In this document: positions 20,400-31,975 of the stretch, piece after piece
Layout: the number at the start of each line of letters is the position of its first letter
Position numbering within the stretch: position 1 is the stretch's first letter
Origin: Naegleria gruberi
Taxonomy: Eukaryota
DNA: 64,000 bases
Assembly: GCA_000004985.1 (NCBI GenBank)
Contig: GG738856.1
Direction: 5' to 3' (one strand)
Notes under the pieces: model-generated
Told to the model about the DNA's origin: nothing
The model's database searches: none
What the model saw: the letters and a program-made list of their open reading frames with translations, nothing else
Position numbers and translations under genes: made by a program

Positions 20400-22600
20400 T
20401 TAAAGTTTACTTGGGGTGTGAGTTCTATTATTGTTATTATTGTTGGTGTTCTGAATATTTCTTTGAGGTAAGGAAGGCAGAGGTGAGATTGGTTTAAAGG
20501 AGTATACCTCTTTAAGGGTCTGGTTTGGAGTATTGTAAATATTATTCAACTCCCTCTTAATGTCACATTTTACATTCAATATACATCTCAATAAAGGCTC
20601 CAATTGATCGATTGGGATTGAGAAATTAATGCTCGGAATTAAAAGTGGTTGCACATGACCTGATGTTCTGTCAGTAAGCTTGTACTTGACATTGCTTGTC
20701 ACTAGACCTACTAATTGTCCTTTAGCATTGAAGATTCCTCCTCCGCTATTTCCATCATGAACGTGGGCTGTTGTACAGACCATAGCTCTCTTATTTCCTA
20801 TATAAACAACCTTGGATACAATACCCTTAGTAATTGTACATTGTTTTATAGATCTTGAGGTATTCAATGGTTGCATCAATGGAAATCCAACAACATAAAC
20901 GTCCTCTCCCTCTTGAACATCACTAGAACATGGCAAAATTCCACTCGTTTCGATTAAGTTTGATTGCACTAATTGGCAAACACTTGATTCATGAATTTTC
21001 AGCAAAGCAACATCAAGCTTGATTTGGATTAACATAAGAATAGTGAAAATCAACTTACTGGACCAGAGCTGCAATAAAGAATCAAATCTGCCTGATGGAA
21101 TTTATGACTCTTTTCGTTATCCCTCAAATCATAATCCAATTGAACAACGATTGAAAGGTGATCAGGTAAGAAAAAGGTGCCATCCTCCTTCTGTTGCATG
21201 AAAGGTGCCATCACATGTGAATTAGTCATTATATCTACAAGACTATTGTTAAAATAAATGCATTAATCATACTTACAACCAGTATGGGTCAATAAGATTC
21301 CAGTTGCCCAAGTATTATTAATTATTATGAGTGCAATCTTATTTCTGGTAATATTGTAAATATCATTTGATTTATCCATAACTGGAAGAATAATATTAGG
21401 TGATGTTCCAATAAATTTTTCTCTCAATAGTTTTACAAAAGGATCAATGGAAATTACAATATTCAATCCATTACTCGAGGATATAGAACGAACAGGTAAG
21501 GTACAAAACTAGAATCATTTCCATCAAATGTAAATATTATATAATAAACTTACTCCTACACACTTGGTTTGTGTAATTACTCTCGCAAAGACTGGAGCTC
21601 CTTCACTTCCTGGATGTATCTGACAATCTGTAATGATGGCCAAATTTTGAGAATTATTATTGTTATTAATCTTGTTACAAATAATTCCTTTTGTTAAATG
21701 ATTGGAAAGGGAATGAGGTGAAAGTAATCCGAAAGGAGATGAAACAATGAATAAATCATCTCCCTGTGAAAGAAAATCTCCATTATATTCCACATCTGGT
21801 ATGGAAACTGCATAGTTTTTCAAACTTTCACAGTTTTTAATCTTGAAAACAGCCATAGTTGATGGTGTAATCAGTGAAGAAGGTATTTCCACAGAATTAT
21901 TTGGCATTTGTTGGTCATCAAATTTAGAATGAGGTTCCTTGAATGAGGATTTAAGAGTATGTCCAACATTCTGATTTCCCTTCCTCACCAATGGATGGCC
22001 CCAATACCAACCTTGTAATTGATTAGTCATTTGATGAATATATTTATCAGTAGTAGTATGTGAAAATAATCCCATTAATTGAATATCCGACTTGACAAAT
22101 GAGCTCACTGAATTATGAGACAGTTTAAGATTAGGCACTTTTCCAAATCGTTTCACTTGTGAAGGAAGAATTTCATTAAATAACATATCTCCATTTGGTA
22201 GAGTAATAGTCACTTTACAATTTAATTTTGGTATAATTTCCACAATACTTCCTTCTTCACTCTGTTTTGAAATATTAGAAATAAACGGAGACAATAATGT
22301 TCCACTCGTAATGACAAAATATGTATTTTCCTCCTTATTAGATTTAATTACAAATCCACTGGATGAATAACTCAAACTCTCTCCGCCAGCATCAGTCATA
22401 TCAGCAAGAAAGAAGGGAATTTGAAGATGTGATTTAGTAGAATTCGGAGCACATTGTCCAGTCATACAAATCATCACTGAATCTCCAAAGGATTTTTCTC
22501 TAATTAATTGTGAAGATCCTTCTTCTCCTCCCGATCCGAAATTATTGTGATGAATAAATAAATCCATGTTAGTACTATCACCCGAAGATCCATTAATCAT
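20400..22600 (-). CDS. Peroxisomal trypsin-like serine protease (TYSND1 / Deg15-like) with two protease-like domains and a C-terminal PTS1 (-SKL); multi-exon
   Basis: Exon ORFs are 21524..22600 (ATG at 22600, GSEGAPVF), about 21270..21466, and 20400 to about 21100 (HDGNSGGGIFNAKGQLVGLV, ending ...RTHTPSKL*). The GTAAGT donors and acceptors could be only partly resolved; one intron is about 190 nt. Confidence 0.55.
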
Positions 22601-22706
22601 TTTTTTTTAATTTTATTTTTAAATAATAAGAATAGTGTAATGTTTATTGTGTTAACAATGACCAATGACCTCATCAAAAGTGATGTGACCTATCATTAGG
22701 TATAGT

Positions 22707-24170
22707 TTAATTATTTTTGTTATCTTTTTGTACTTCAGAAATGTGTTTCATTAATTTTTTGTTGTTTTCAGCCATTGCTTCAATAATATATTTGTTATTT
22801 TCAGTTATTGCCTCAATAAGTACTTCTGTAATTTTGTCAATAATGTATTTGTTATTTTCAGCCAGCAAATTTCTGTGTTCCAAATTTTGATCCTCATCTC
22901 TTTCGACTGCCTTACTTGAAAATAAAACGCTTGAACTAGAAATAGATGTTGTATCATCTTCATGAGCGGTCTCTGTTGCTAGAAGAACATCTTGAATTTG
23001 ATTGGTGTTTGGATTTACAATTTTCAAACCTGTGAGAGCTACTTGAATTGAATGGATAACATCTGTATCTTGTCCTTGAGTTGGGTTAGTGTTTGGATTT
23101 GCAACTTGTTGACAAGGCAAGCATTCGGTATCTTCAAGGTTAGCACCTGGAATCTTTTGTTTAACAGGTGGTTGCTTCTTGATTTCCTTCTTGCTCTTCT
23201 TTGGTTCTGTTTTAAGAGGTGTGCTTTGTTCTTGAATTGGGTTGTTTGCAATAGAAACTTGAACAGTTGAAAGAGCCTTACATTGCTTAATGGTAGGTTG
23301 TTTCTTGCTCTTCTTTGGCCCATACAAGACCTTTGCGGCATCTTGAAATTCCTTTCTTTTTGCTTTCTTGGTGTCGACAACAATTCTCTTTACCTTTTCA
23401 AAATCATCTTCTCTCATGTTCAAAATATCTGACACTGTTTCAACACCCTTACATAAATCCTGTTGAATCTCTTGATGCAATTCAAAAGAGTAAAAATCAA
23501 GTTCTCTCCTAATCTTGTTAAATAATGTAATGGAAATATGAGCCTTATTGTTGCTCTCTAGGAAGCACTTGGTGATCTGTTCTTGCAATGAAGAATTAAT
23601 ATTCCAATTGAAGTACAATAGGGCTCTAACAAGACAATATCTGGAAGACTTTGAGTAGCCTAACTTTCTAAATATTTCGTCTAATTCATCATTCTTTAAA
23701 TCAACAGAAGGTTCTTCCTTTACTCTATCAGCCTTCATTGTTTCTCTAATGCAATCCATAATCACTTGTTGTTCAACACGATCAGAGCCTAATTTAATAT
23801 AATCAAGATAGTTTCCGTTATAATTGGTGATGACCTTTGTTACTACATGGTTAACCTTAGGGATGTTTGAAACCTTCTTTGGGATTATGTTAATAAGAAG
23901 ATCCTTGAGTGCTGTGCTATCAGAAAGATAATCCATTAAAATCATAACCAGTTGAGAATTACTTTTAAGCAATTCTTTCATGGTAGAAGGTTTCTTCTCC
24001 AAATTCAAATAACGTTTCCAATCTGATTGTATTTGTTGAACAGAAAGCAATATCAATACAAGTTCCTTTGGAGGAGCATAAACATTGGAGGTGGTAGTGA
24101 GGTGGTTTATAACAATTTGAAGAAGATTATTCATCTCCTCAACTCTTGAAGTGTCTTTTTGTGCTAACAT
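22707..24170 (-). CDS. Hypothetical protein (487 aa) with a lysine-rich central region and C-terminal ENNKYII repeats
   Basis: Single ORF, MLAQKDTS..., with an ATG start. No family was recognised. Confidence 0.4.
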   Translation of the reverse strand: MLAQKDTSRVEEMNNLLQIVINHLTTTSNVYAPPKELVLILLSVQQIQSDWKRYLNLEKKPSTMKELLKSNSQLVMILMDYLSDSTALKDLLINIIPKKVSNIPKVNHVVTKVITNYNGNYLDYIKLGSDRVEQQVIMDCIRETMKADRVKEEPSVDLKNDELDEIFRKLGYSKSSRYCLVRALLYFNWNINSSLQEQITKCFLESNNKAHISITLFNKIRRELDFYSFELHQEIQQDLCKGVETVSDILNMREDDFEKVKRIVVDTKKAKRKEFQDAAKVLYGPKKSKKQPTIKQCKALSTVQVSIANNPIQEQSTPLKTEPKKSKKEIKKQPPVKQKIPGANLEDTECLPCQQVANPNTNPTQGQDTDVIHSIQVALTGLKIVNPNTNQIQDVLLATETAHEDDTTSISSSSVLFSSKAVERDEDQNLEHRNLLAENNKYIIDKITEVLIEAITENNKYIIEAMAENNKKLMKHISEVQKDNKNN

Positions 24171-24342
24171 TTTTTTTAGAGTTTGATCGTAAACATATAA
24201 GCCTTCCCTTAAGCTGCTTTGTTTTCAAAGTAAGCTGATAGAGTAGGATCCATAATTACTTCTCTATTCAAGTGAGGAAGATAATCTGTAATTGGAGCAA
24301 TATAGAAATTAAATCTCATTAGTTATTAATAATTGACAAAAT

Positions 24343-26121
24343 TTATTGGGAAGCAGTTGCAGTAGGTGGGGGTGATGATTGGTTCTTTCTTTCCTCCATA
24401 AATTGAACAATCTTGGAATAAACTGCTTTGGAATAGATGGCGGCACGACGAACAATTTCAGATCTAATTCTTTGAGTTTCAACAGTAGATCCACTCAACA
24501 TATCTCCATTTTCAATGAGTCTTCTAGCCAAGTATGGCATAACATCAGTAACACTACCAAATGGAACATATTTTCCAACATTATATCCGTGATAAACCAA
24601 AGCATGAGATAAATTATCACCCATACCATAAAGTTGAGCAAACATAACACGTGGATCCTTCTTTTCAAATCCATACTTTTCAGTTAACAATCTACTACTC
24701 ATTCCCAAAGTGTCTTGGTTGTGTGAACAAATGAGGACACCAATATTTCCTTCACTATATAAATTATCGAGACAAAATTCAACTCCTCTAACATAGTTGA
24801 CGTGAGTTTCCAACAGTGTTTGTTGGAAAGGATATGGTATACCCATTTCGTTAGATCTAATTGTTTCAGATTTCATATAAGCACCTCTAACGAGCTTTGA
24901 ACCATGATGTAATCCGTTTTGAGTTAAAAAGTGATAATCGAATTGTAATCTATGGAGAGCATCCTTAAGATACATTTGATAGGTATTATAAACAACTGGT
25001 GTTTGTCTATTCTTCAAAATTTCCTTATTATTATACTTGATGCTCATCATCATGTACAATTGATCAATTGCAGCTTGATAATAAGTTTGTTCAGCATCAA
25101 CCAACAAACTCATTCCATTCTTGACGCAAGCATCACAGAGCATTGTGAGTCTTTGAATAACTCTACCCAATTTTGTTAATTCAACTTGAGAGAGAGGTTC
25201 CGGCGGTGTGTTTTCATTCAAGTTAAATGCAACAGTTCTAGGATATTGCTTGACAGTATATTCTTTCATTAAATCAAAAGTGCTGACATCAGAGGCAATA
25301 TCTCCAAAGAAATAAATATTAGTATTGAGCAATTTCTTGGCATGTTCAGATTCTGGGAATAATTGAACATAACATAAAATCTTACTCAATCTTTCCAAAA
25401 GGATACAACTAGAGATACCAGTAACTTTTACAACACCAAATGGACAAGGCAGTGGCTCATTAATACCATCTCTCTTCATGGCTCTATTTTGTTCTCCCAT
25501 AAATTCAATTGATTCAGCAATTACTTTGCAAATAGAATCTTCAACAACTTCTGAGCTATCTACATTAATAACAGAAGTTTCCAATGGTTGAACTGGACCT
25601 TCAACACTATAATCCAAGATACAATGCATTTTTTTGTTTTGAGTTACATCCACAATGGCCTTTTTGGTTTTTGGTAAAGTTTCACCTCCACAGAAATATT
25701 GGAAATAAGAATATTTAACAGCTTGAGAAACAACAGGTCCTCCTTTCTCAAGAATTTCAGCACCAATAGTTCTAACACCTGGCAATCTGCAACTTGTTAA
25801 AGCAGTATAGGTTTTCAATAATTGCCATGATGAAACTTGGTCATAATAAAGTTCAACTTTGGAAAAATCAATAGAAGTATTTCCACTAGTCCATTTCTTT
25901 TCTTGAGTAGCAATTCCTCCATCTTGTTGATTATTAACAATAGTACTTGTGGAAATATCCTCTGTTGTTGCTGATGATGAAGTTGCTTCTTGTTGTTGCA
26001 AATTTGTTCCTCTCATCATTGCCGAGCAACAGAAATTTCTACTTGTTTGAGTAGTAATAATAGAATTGGTTATCTTGTTGCTAACAGAGGCAACAACTCC
26101 TCTTGAACATTTAGTTAACAT
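24343..26121 (-). CDS. Proline dehydrogenase (proline oxidase), mitochondrial
   Basis: PRODH signatures KLVRGAYM and the C-terminal motif YVPFGSVTDVMPYLARRLIENGDM (matching Y.PYG...E..PYL.RR..EN). The N-terminus is presequence-like. ATG at 26121. Confidence 0.85.
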   Translation of the reverse strand: MLTKCSRGVVASVSNKITNSIITTQTSRNFCCSAMMRGTNLQQQEATSSSATTEDISTSTIVNNQQDGGIATQEKKWTSGNTSIDFSKVELYYDQVSSWQLLKTYTALTSCRLPGVRTIGAEILEKGGPVVSQAVKYSYFQYFCGGETLPKTKKAIVDVTQNKKMHCILDYSVEGPVQPLETSVINVDSSEVVEDSICKVIAESIEFMGEQNRAMKRDGINEPLPCPFGVVKVTGISSCILLERLSKILCYVQLFPESEHAKKLLNTNIYFFGDIASDVSTFDLMKEYTVKQYPRTVAFNLNENTPPEPLSQVELTKLGRVIQRLTMLCDACVKNGMSLLVDAEQTYYQAAIDQLYMMMSIKYNNKEILKNRQTPVVYNTYQMYLKDALHRLQFDYHFLTQNGLHHGSKLVRGAYMKSETIRSNEMGIPYPFQQTLLETHVNYVRGVEFCLDNLYSEGNIGVLICSHNQDTLGMSSRLLTEKYGFEKKDPRVMFAQLYGMGDNLSHALVYHGYNVGKYVPFGSVTDVMPYLARRLIENGDMLSGSTVETQRIRSEIVRRAAIYSKAVYSKIVQFMEERKNQSSPPPTATASQ

Positions 26122-26678
26122 TTTTTATTGTGTGGTATGTTCGGGTTCAGGTGCAGCTGAAGAGGATGACACACTTGGATTTTTCGTTGGAGGTGATAAT
26201 AGAGTTGGAGAAATTTGCTTGGGAAACGGTTTTCTTCTGTATGTTGGCAAGCAAAGGTTTGAAGACTATTTGGAGGCTGGTTGTTCGTGTTTGGCGAAAT
26301 TCGCGCAATTCCACCATACACAACCCGCACAATCCGGAGAACAAGATAATTGGAATGATGATTACAATGATGTTGTTTTGAGGTCTTTTAAGGAAGAGTA
26401 TTGTTTTACTTTATTTGAGAATGTGTGGTAAAAGGGAAATTATTGTTAAATGGAAAGAGAAACAATCTGGCAAAAGTTACCTCAAATGTGCAATTCTTAA
26501 TTCTTCTTTAAAAAAACAATTTCAAATAGATTAAGAAATTATTTTGGTTTCTCCCAGTTTAATTCTGATGCAAATCTCAATTGTCTTCATCATTCAATAA
26601 TTATTTTAATAATTTAAATATCATAATTATTTGCGGGAATGAAAAATACCACAAGAAGTTTTTTGATTTAAAAAAAAC

Positions 26679-27893
26679 ATGTTAACAATGCATCACTGTG
26701 TAGCACCAAAACTCGGTCGTTTGGTTTCCGATTCTAGAAATTCAATCAAATTGACATTCCGAACACTATCTCTTCTCCAACAACAACAACAACAAGGAAG
26801 AAGAAATTTTTCATCATCAATTTTGCTGAATAATAAGAGTTTTACTAATCAATTAATTATTCAAAAGATGGGTGCCATCACACCACAAATGAAAAACAAG
26901 ATGGCAAAAAAGACTAGAGTGAATAGGGAAAATCATGAATTAATTAGTGAAATGGATAATTTAGTATTGAAGGATGATTCACCTATTCTTGCTCAGTCGG
27001 ATGTTTTGAAAAAAGAATTGGTTGAATTTGTTGCAAATTCTCAAGTTAAAACAGGTTCCGAAATTATTGAACATACAGCCAATCGTCAACATTACTTTAC
27101 ACAACAAGAAATTGCCAAAATTCATGGCGTTTACAAGAATAGTGTGTTCTTCAAACATACTAAAATTAGTTTGGAAAAATACTTTTTAAATTATAATGTA
27201 CTTGTACACAAATCTAAGGAACAAAATGATTTATATTATATTGGACATCAATTATTGAAATATATACTTACTAAATATTTTAATGAAAACCTTTCGTTAG
27301 TTCAAGAATTGATGGCTGAAGGTAAAACTCTCAACATTATCAATGACAAGATTACAAAAGATTTCCAAATTAAGGAACATTTACTTGAATATTTCTTGAA
27401 TAATAATCAATTATTCTACATTTATATTCAACAAAATAACTTGAAGGAATTAGAGCCACTCTTAAAAGATATCAGTTTTACTTCGAACGATTTTATTAAC
27501 AAGTCTGCACACGAGAGAATATTCAAGGCGATTATTGGTAATATTTACATGAATATTGAATCTTTTGATATTATGATGAATCATGTTTTATATCCTTTCA
27601 TTGTTAAGGAATTTATACCTAGATTTACAGAGCTGACCGAAAGCAATCTAGCTCAAATTTCTACAAAGAAAGCGTTTGAGAAACAAATGACAATCGTTGA
27701 GCAATTTGAATACTTCCACATGAGACAATTTAAAACACTCCCAACCTATTCATCCTTAACAAACAGCTTTGAACAAACTCAAATGGTACAAATCTATTCC
27801 TCAGACCAACAACTTTTGTCAATTGGTTATGGAATTGATTACAAGACAGCTAAAGAAGATGCAGCAAGAAGAGCTATTTTACATTTTTGTTAA
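26679..27893 (+). CDS. Probable mitochondrial protein with a C-terminal dsRBD-like motif (possibly mL44 / RNase III-like mitoribosomal protein)
   Basis: The N-terminus MLTMHHCVAPKLGRLVSDSRNS resembles a targeting peptide. The C-terminal GYGIDYKTAKEDAARRAILHF matches the dsRBD helix-3 signature. Confidence 0.4.
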   Translation: MLTMHHCVAPKLGRLVSDSRNSIKLTFRTLSLLQQQQQQGRRNFSSSILLNNKSFTNQLIIQKMGAITPQMKNKMAKKTRVNRENHELISEMDNLVLKDDSPILAQSDVLKKELVEFVANSQVKTGSEIIEHTANRQHYFTQQEIAKIHGVYKNSVFFKHTKISLEKYFLNYNVLVHKSKEQNDLYYIGHQLLKYILTKYFNENLSLVQELMAEGKTLNIINDKITKDFQIKEHLLEYFLNNNQLFYIYIQQNNLKELEPLLKDISFTSNDFINKSAHERIFKAIIGNIYMNIESFDIMMNHVLYPFIVKEFIPRFTELTESNLAQISTKKAFEKQMTIVEQFEYFHMRQFKTLPTYSSLTNSFEQTQMVQIYSSDQQLLSIGYGIDYKTAKEDAARRAILHFC

Positions 27894-27923
27894 ATAAAAT
27901 TTAGTTGTGAAATATATATAAAG

Positions 27924-28887
27924 TTACAAGAAGTACATTGCCTTATTGGATGGTTGTATGTTATGGTCAATAGGAACTTCCTTAAAGCTCTTAAATTCTC
28001 TGCCCAAGTTATCATCAAAAGCTAAAATACTGGCCATGTTACCGCAACGATAACAATAGTTTGGAGCTGACCAAACTGTAACCAAGTTTTGTTCTGGGAA
28101 ATGATACTTGTATCCTTCTTGCACCAATTGATGCGCACGACAAATAAGTTCAAGATTGTTCAAATGATTGAATTCAGATGTGACACGACTTCCAAACAAC
28201 CAACCAGCACCACGAGGAGAAACAGCCCAAGTTTCAATATTTTCTGGATCAGACCACATGACATCACAGAATGGACCTTCATGTGGAATTTCTTGTCTAC
28301 GATCAATAGTTCTCATTTGATCCAAAGTACGAATATCGGGAGACAAACCTCCGTGAACACACAAAACTCTTCCATCAATAACAGCAGCAACATTGAAACA
28401 GTCAAAAACTTCACAACAATATTTCCAAGCGTTAGCATTACCATATTTACGTTGACATTCATCATAGAAACCATAGATTTGAGTAATTTGACGAGATTCG
28501 TGATTACCTATTAATAATAAGAAAACGGAATTAATATTCAAACAATATAAAATACATACCACGCAATAAAGTCATACGTTCTGGATATCTGGCCTTCAAG
28601 AGCATCAAATAAGTCAAAGTTTCCAAGCTGTTGTATCCTCTATCAACAAAATCTCCCATGAATATATATCTAGTATCTGGCAATTCACCACCTGTCTTGA
28701 ACAACTCTAACAAGTCGTGGAATTGACCGTGGATATCACCACATACTGTTACAGGGGATGAAACAGGTTGTACGTTAGATTCTTCAATCAAGATGGACTT
28801 GACCATATTACATAATTTCTTCAAATCTTGTTCAGGTAAATAATCGCACTTCTTTACCTTCTCTATCCATTGATCCAATTCAGCCAT
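27924..28887 (-). CDS. Serine/threonine protein phosphatase 6 catalytic subunit (PP6 / Sit4-type PPP), 2 exons
   Basis: Exon 1 is about 28560..28887 ([20 protein letters not shown]). A 52-nt GTATGT...AATAG intron lies at about 28508..28559. Exon 2 is 27924..28507 ([52 protein letters not shown]...YFL). The protein is closest to PP6 over PP2A or PP4, for example in the NVQPVS motif. Confidence 0.9.
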
Positions 28888-29437
28888 TTTATATATATAT
28901 TGTTGGAGAATCTAAATATTGAATATATTCAAACAATGATGATGAGAGAGCAATAACACAATACAAAGCGGTTAAAAATCAGCAAGAAAAAAAAAAGAAT
29001 ACGCACACTGAATGCTCGGTATTTTTTTCAACTATTTTTAAAAAAATATTAAAATCAAAAAGCTCCTTTGTATCATAACTGCAAAATAAAGCCTTTTGGG
29101 AGGCAATAATATTTGTTGTTTCGAAGAGTTATTTTGAGAGGAGAACTTGGATATCGATGATAATGAATATTATTAAGAATCTTACTTGAGGAGATTACGT
29201 GGAGAGTTGTAATTAATCTAAAAAGAAACTCTTTCTCAATCTTGATGTTTGTGGCGTGATATTCTCAACCAATTATCTTTGAGAAACACCGAGAGAAATA
29301 GTTGTACTGGTAACATTATTGTAATAGTGGTAGAATAAGCGTGTCCAACATACCATCGCTGATTTTTCACCAATCAAAAAAACGATCCAACATCTAATCA
29401 TCATTGCACTACTTGCAGTTATTTATTAACACAAAAC

Positions 29438-30330
29438 ATGAACAGGGAAAAGGTTGTGGTTCTTCTTGATGAAAAAAAGTTTATGCATCGTGATGATAGA
29501 TTGATCATTCTTTTACGTCATGTTTTGAGAACACCAACCTACTCATTGAAAGATATTATTGGGAATAGATTACCGAATGCATCTAATTTTTTCCAATATC
29601 CTTGTGATGTTGTTATTGATGAGAGGAGATCATTATTATTTGTTAGTGATTGTGGAGAGTTAAATATTCAAGTTTTTGATTTACACTCTAGGGAGTTAAT
29701 GTATAATATCAAAACAGTTGATAGACCAAGATTTATGGCAATGTATTGTGACTCCTTGATATTTAGTTCCGAAGACGGATTTGTTTATAGATTCGATCTA
29801 GAAACTCGTAGTGAAATTTGGAAATCTTCTGGAAAAATGTCAAATCCTTGTGGAGTTATTGTTGATGAAATGAGAGGATTAGTTTTTGTTTGTGAATGTG
29901 GAGGTAATACCATCCAAACTCTTTCGGCCGAAACCGGAAAAGTGAGATCAATACTTGTTCTGACTCCTAAAAGGCCTACTCTTTTCTACAATAATGATAA
30001 TATTCCTTCAGTGAGCAATCCCTATGGTATTGCATTCAGTTTGGATAGAAATTATTTTGTAGTTTCTTCAGTTGTTAATGCAAAAATTTACTTGGTTGAT
30101 AAAAAGGGAAAAATTGTGCATTCCTTTGGAGAACACGGCTCAAAACCAAATCAATTCAATTTTCCATCCAGCTTGGAGGTTTCCTTAAATCATTTGGAAA
30201 CCAAGCTCCTCTATACAGCAAAGAAGCACTTTACCAGCCAAGAGGATTGTCTATCGATCATGCAACTGGTGATCTTTACGTAACTGATTATGGACAGGAT
30301 AGAATTTGTGTTTACTCTCAATTCAACTGA
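29438..30330 (+). CDS. NHL-repeat beta-propeller protein. The last blade is in a different frame from 29438..30283, so there is a frame break, an unresolved tiny intron, or a pseudogene
   Basis: Repeated blade motifs (FQYPCDVVIDERRSLLFVSDCGELNIQVFD; SNPYGIAFSLDRNYFVV). The final canonical blade LYQPRGLSIDHATGDLYVTDYGQDRICVYS is encoded in the +2 frame at 30229..30330. Confidence 0.5.
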
Positions 30331-30633
30331 GTTTCTGCATGGCATTTATTACTTGTTGATATTTCATAAAAGCGATTAAGATTCAACAAAGAGTCTACCA
30401 AATCAATGAGTTATTGAGAATAGTATTTAAGTAGGAAATTGTGAAACTCAGTAAGGCAATTGTTTAGTTGTACATCATACTATTAAATACACTTCTTTTA
30501 TAGAGTTGACACACGTTGATTGAATGGAGTACAATGCTAATAGCACAACAAGTATCTCTAATGTTTTGTCAAAGCTTGTCATACTATTTTAGAAGTATTC
30601 TGCTTTAGCTTCAAATTTGCTTTAATAAAAAGA

Positions 30634-31876
30634 ATGTCATCATTAGCAAGATTAATTTCAGACCATGTAAACTTGATAGAAAGTCTTTCATCATCGAATT
30701 TATCTTTATTGGATTTTGAGAATACTGATACGAATATCACCCTTGCAGAGTTGGACCCTCTTTATCAATCAATTGTTGGAATAGTACTTTCGTCCATTTT
30801 CTTTGTTTTTTTCAATATCTTGATAATAATTGTTTCGACCACGTTAATTAGACCAAAAGCAAGAAACGAAATGAAACGAAACCAATTCATTATGGTTGCA
30901 ATGGTCTCTGTCTTATCCCTAATTCAATGTTCAGGAATTATTTCAAGGATTTTTTGTGACCTCCTAAATATTATAATCGTTTCTCAATACCAGGACTTTG
31001 TGTCAGCAAATTATTTGCCAGAATCTCAAGAGTTTATTGACACTTTTCAAAACATTAATTGCTCACTGACAACAACACAGACTGGGATTAAATTCTCTTA
31101 CCTCATCTCAATGCATGTCTTTGATTCTTTCGAATGTTTCTTCATTGGAATGAATTTATTGATGATGGTTCTGATAATGAGCTTTGTTGGAAATGTTTTC
31201 CTTGAAACTGTAAAGCAAGCTGGGAGTAGGAAGGACTGGAATTTACGTTCCACAAGATGGTTGATGATAATTCTCAATTCCTTCACATGTTTGTTTTGTG
31301 GTTCGTTTGGGGCAATTATTATGGCAGTGTCTGTTATTTATTTCTTCATCAAGATGGGAATGTTGGAGAATTTTGAGTTTATTCTATTTCTAATAGGATA
31401 TATTATTTACTTTCTTCAAATTTTTATTCACACAATTATTTCAATTGTAAGTTTCTAATTCAGTTATTCTAATCCTTTGACATTTGCAATAGATTGTTGC
31501 ATTTAAGGTTTTACAAACAATCAAAACTCAAACATCTCAACAAAACAAGCAACAAACCCAACGACCAATCATTAAGATCATTTCTCTTCAAATTGCATTA
31601 ATAGCTGCAGCTTTATCTCAAATCATTGCCTTGGCATGTATAACGGTTGTGGATTATTGGAGTTACATGTCTATATTTTACAATTTCAGCAATTCTATTG
31701 GAATTTTCTTATTTGGAATTGTCACCATTCTACTCTATCATCCAATTTTCACAGATTCTGTAAAATTTGTGAATGATTTGCCCAATTCTATTCAACCAAT
31801 TGGTTCAAGAGTGAAAAGAAATAGTCTCTTTAAAAAACAACCACAAATTATTGACAATTCATCCATTGTTGTTTAA
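30634..31876 (+). CDS. Polytopic (about 7-TM) serpentine-receptor-like membrane protein, 2 exons
   Basis: Exon 1 is 30634..31446, followed by a 46-nt GTAAGT...CAATAG intron (31447..31492), then exon 2 31493..31876. Multiple hydrophobic helices. No strong family signature. Confidence 0.5.
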
Positions 31877-31975
31877 ATATTTAATTACTTTTCAAAATAG
31901 TTCCAAGAAAGTAATTTTTAATTTACTTTCTAAAAATAGGCAAATTAATTTTCTTAACTTTTTAATCAAAAAAAA

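Noticed and set aside
26066-26431. 121-aa ORF and overlapping ORFs in the spacer between the PRODH and mitochondrial-protein genes
   Set aside because: They overlap the PRODH 5' end in antisense and the divergent promoter region. There is no recognisable domain, and the local GC-richness gives a chance ORF.
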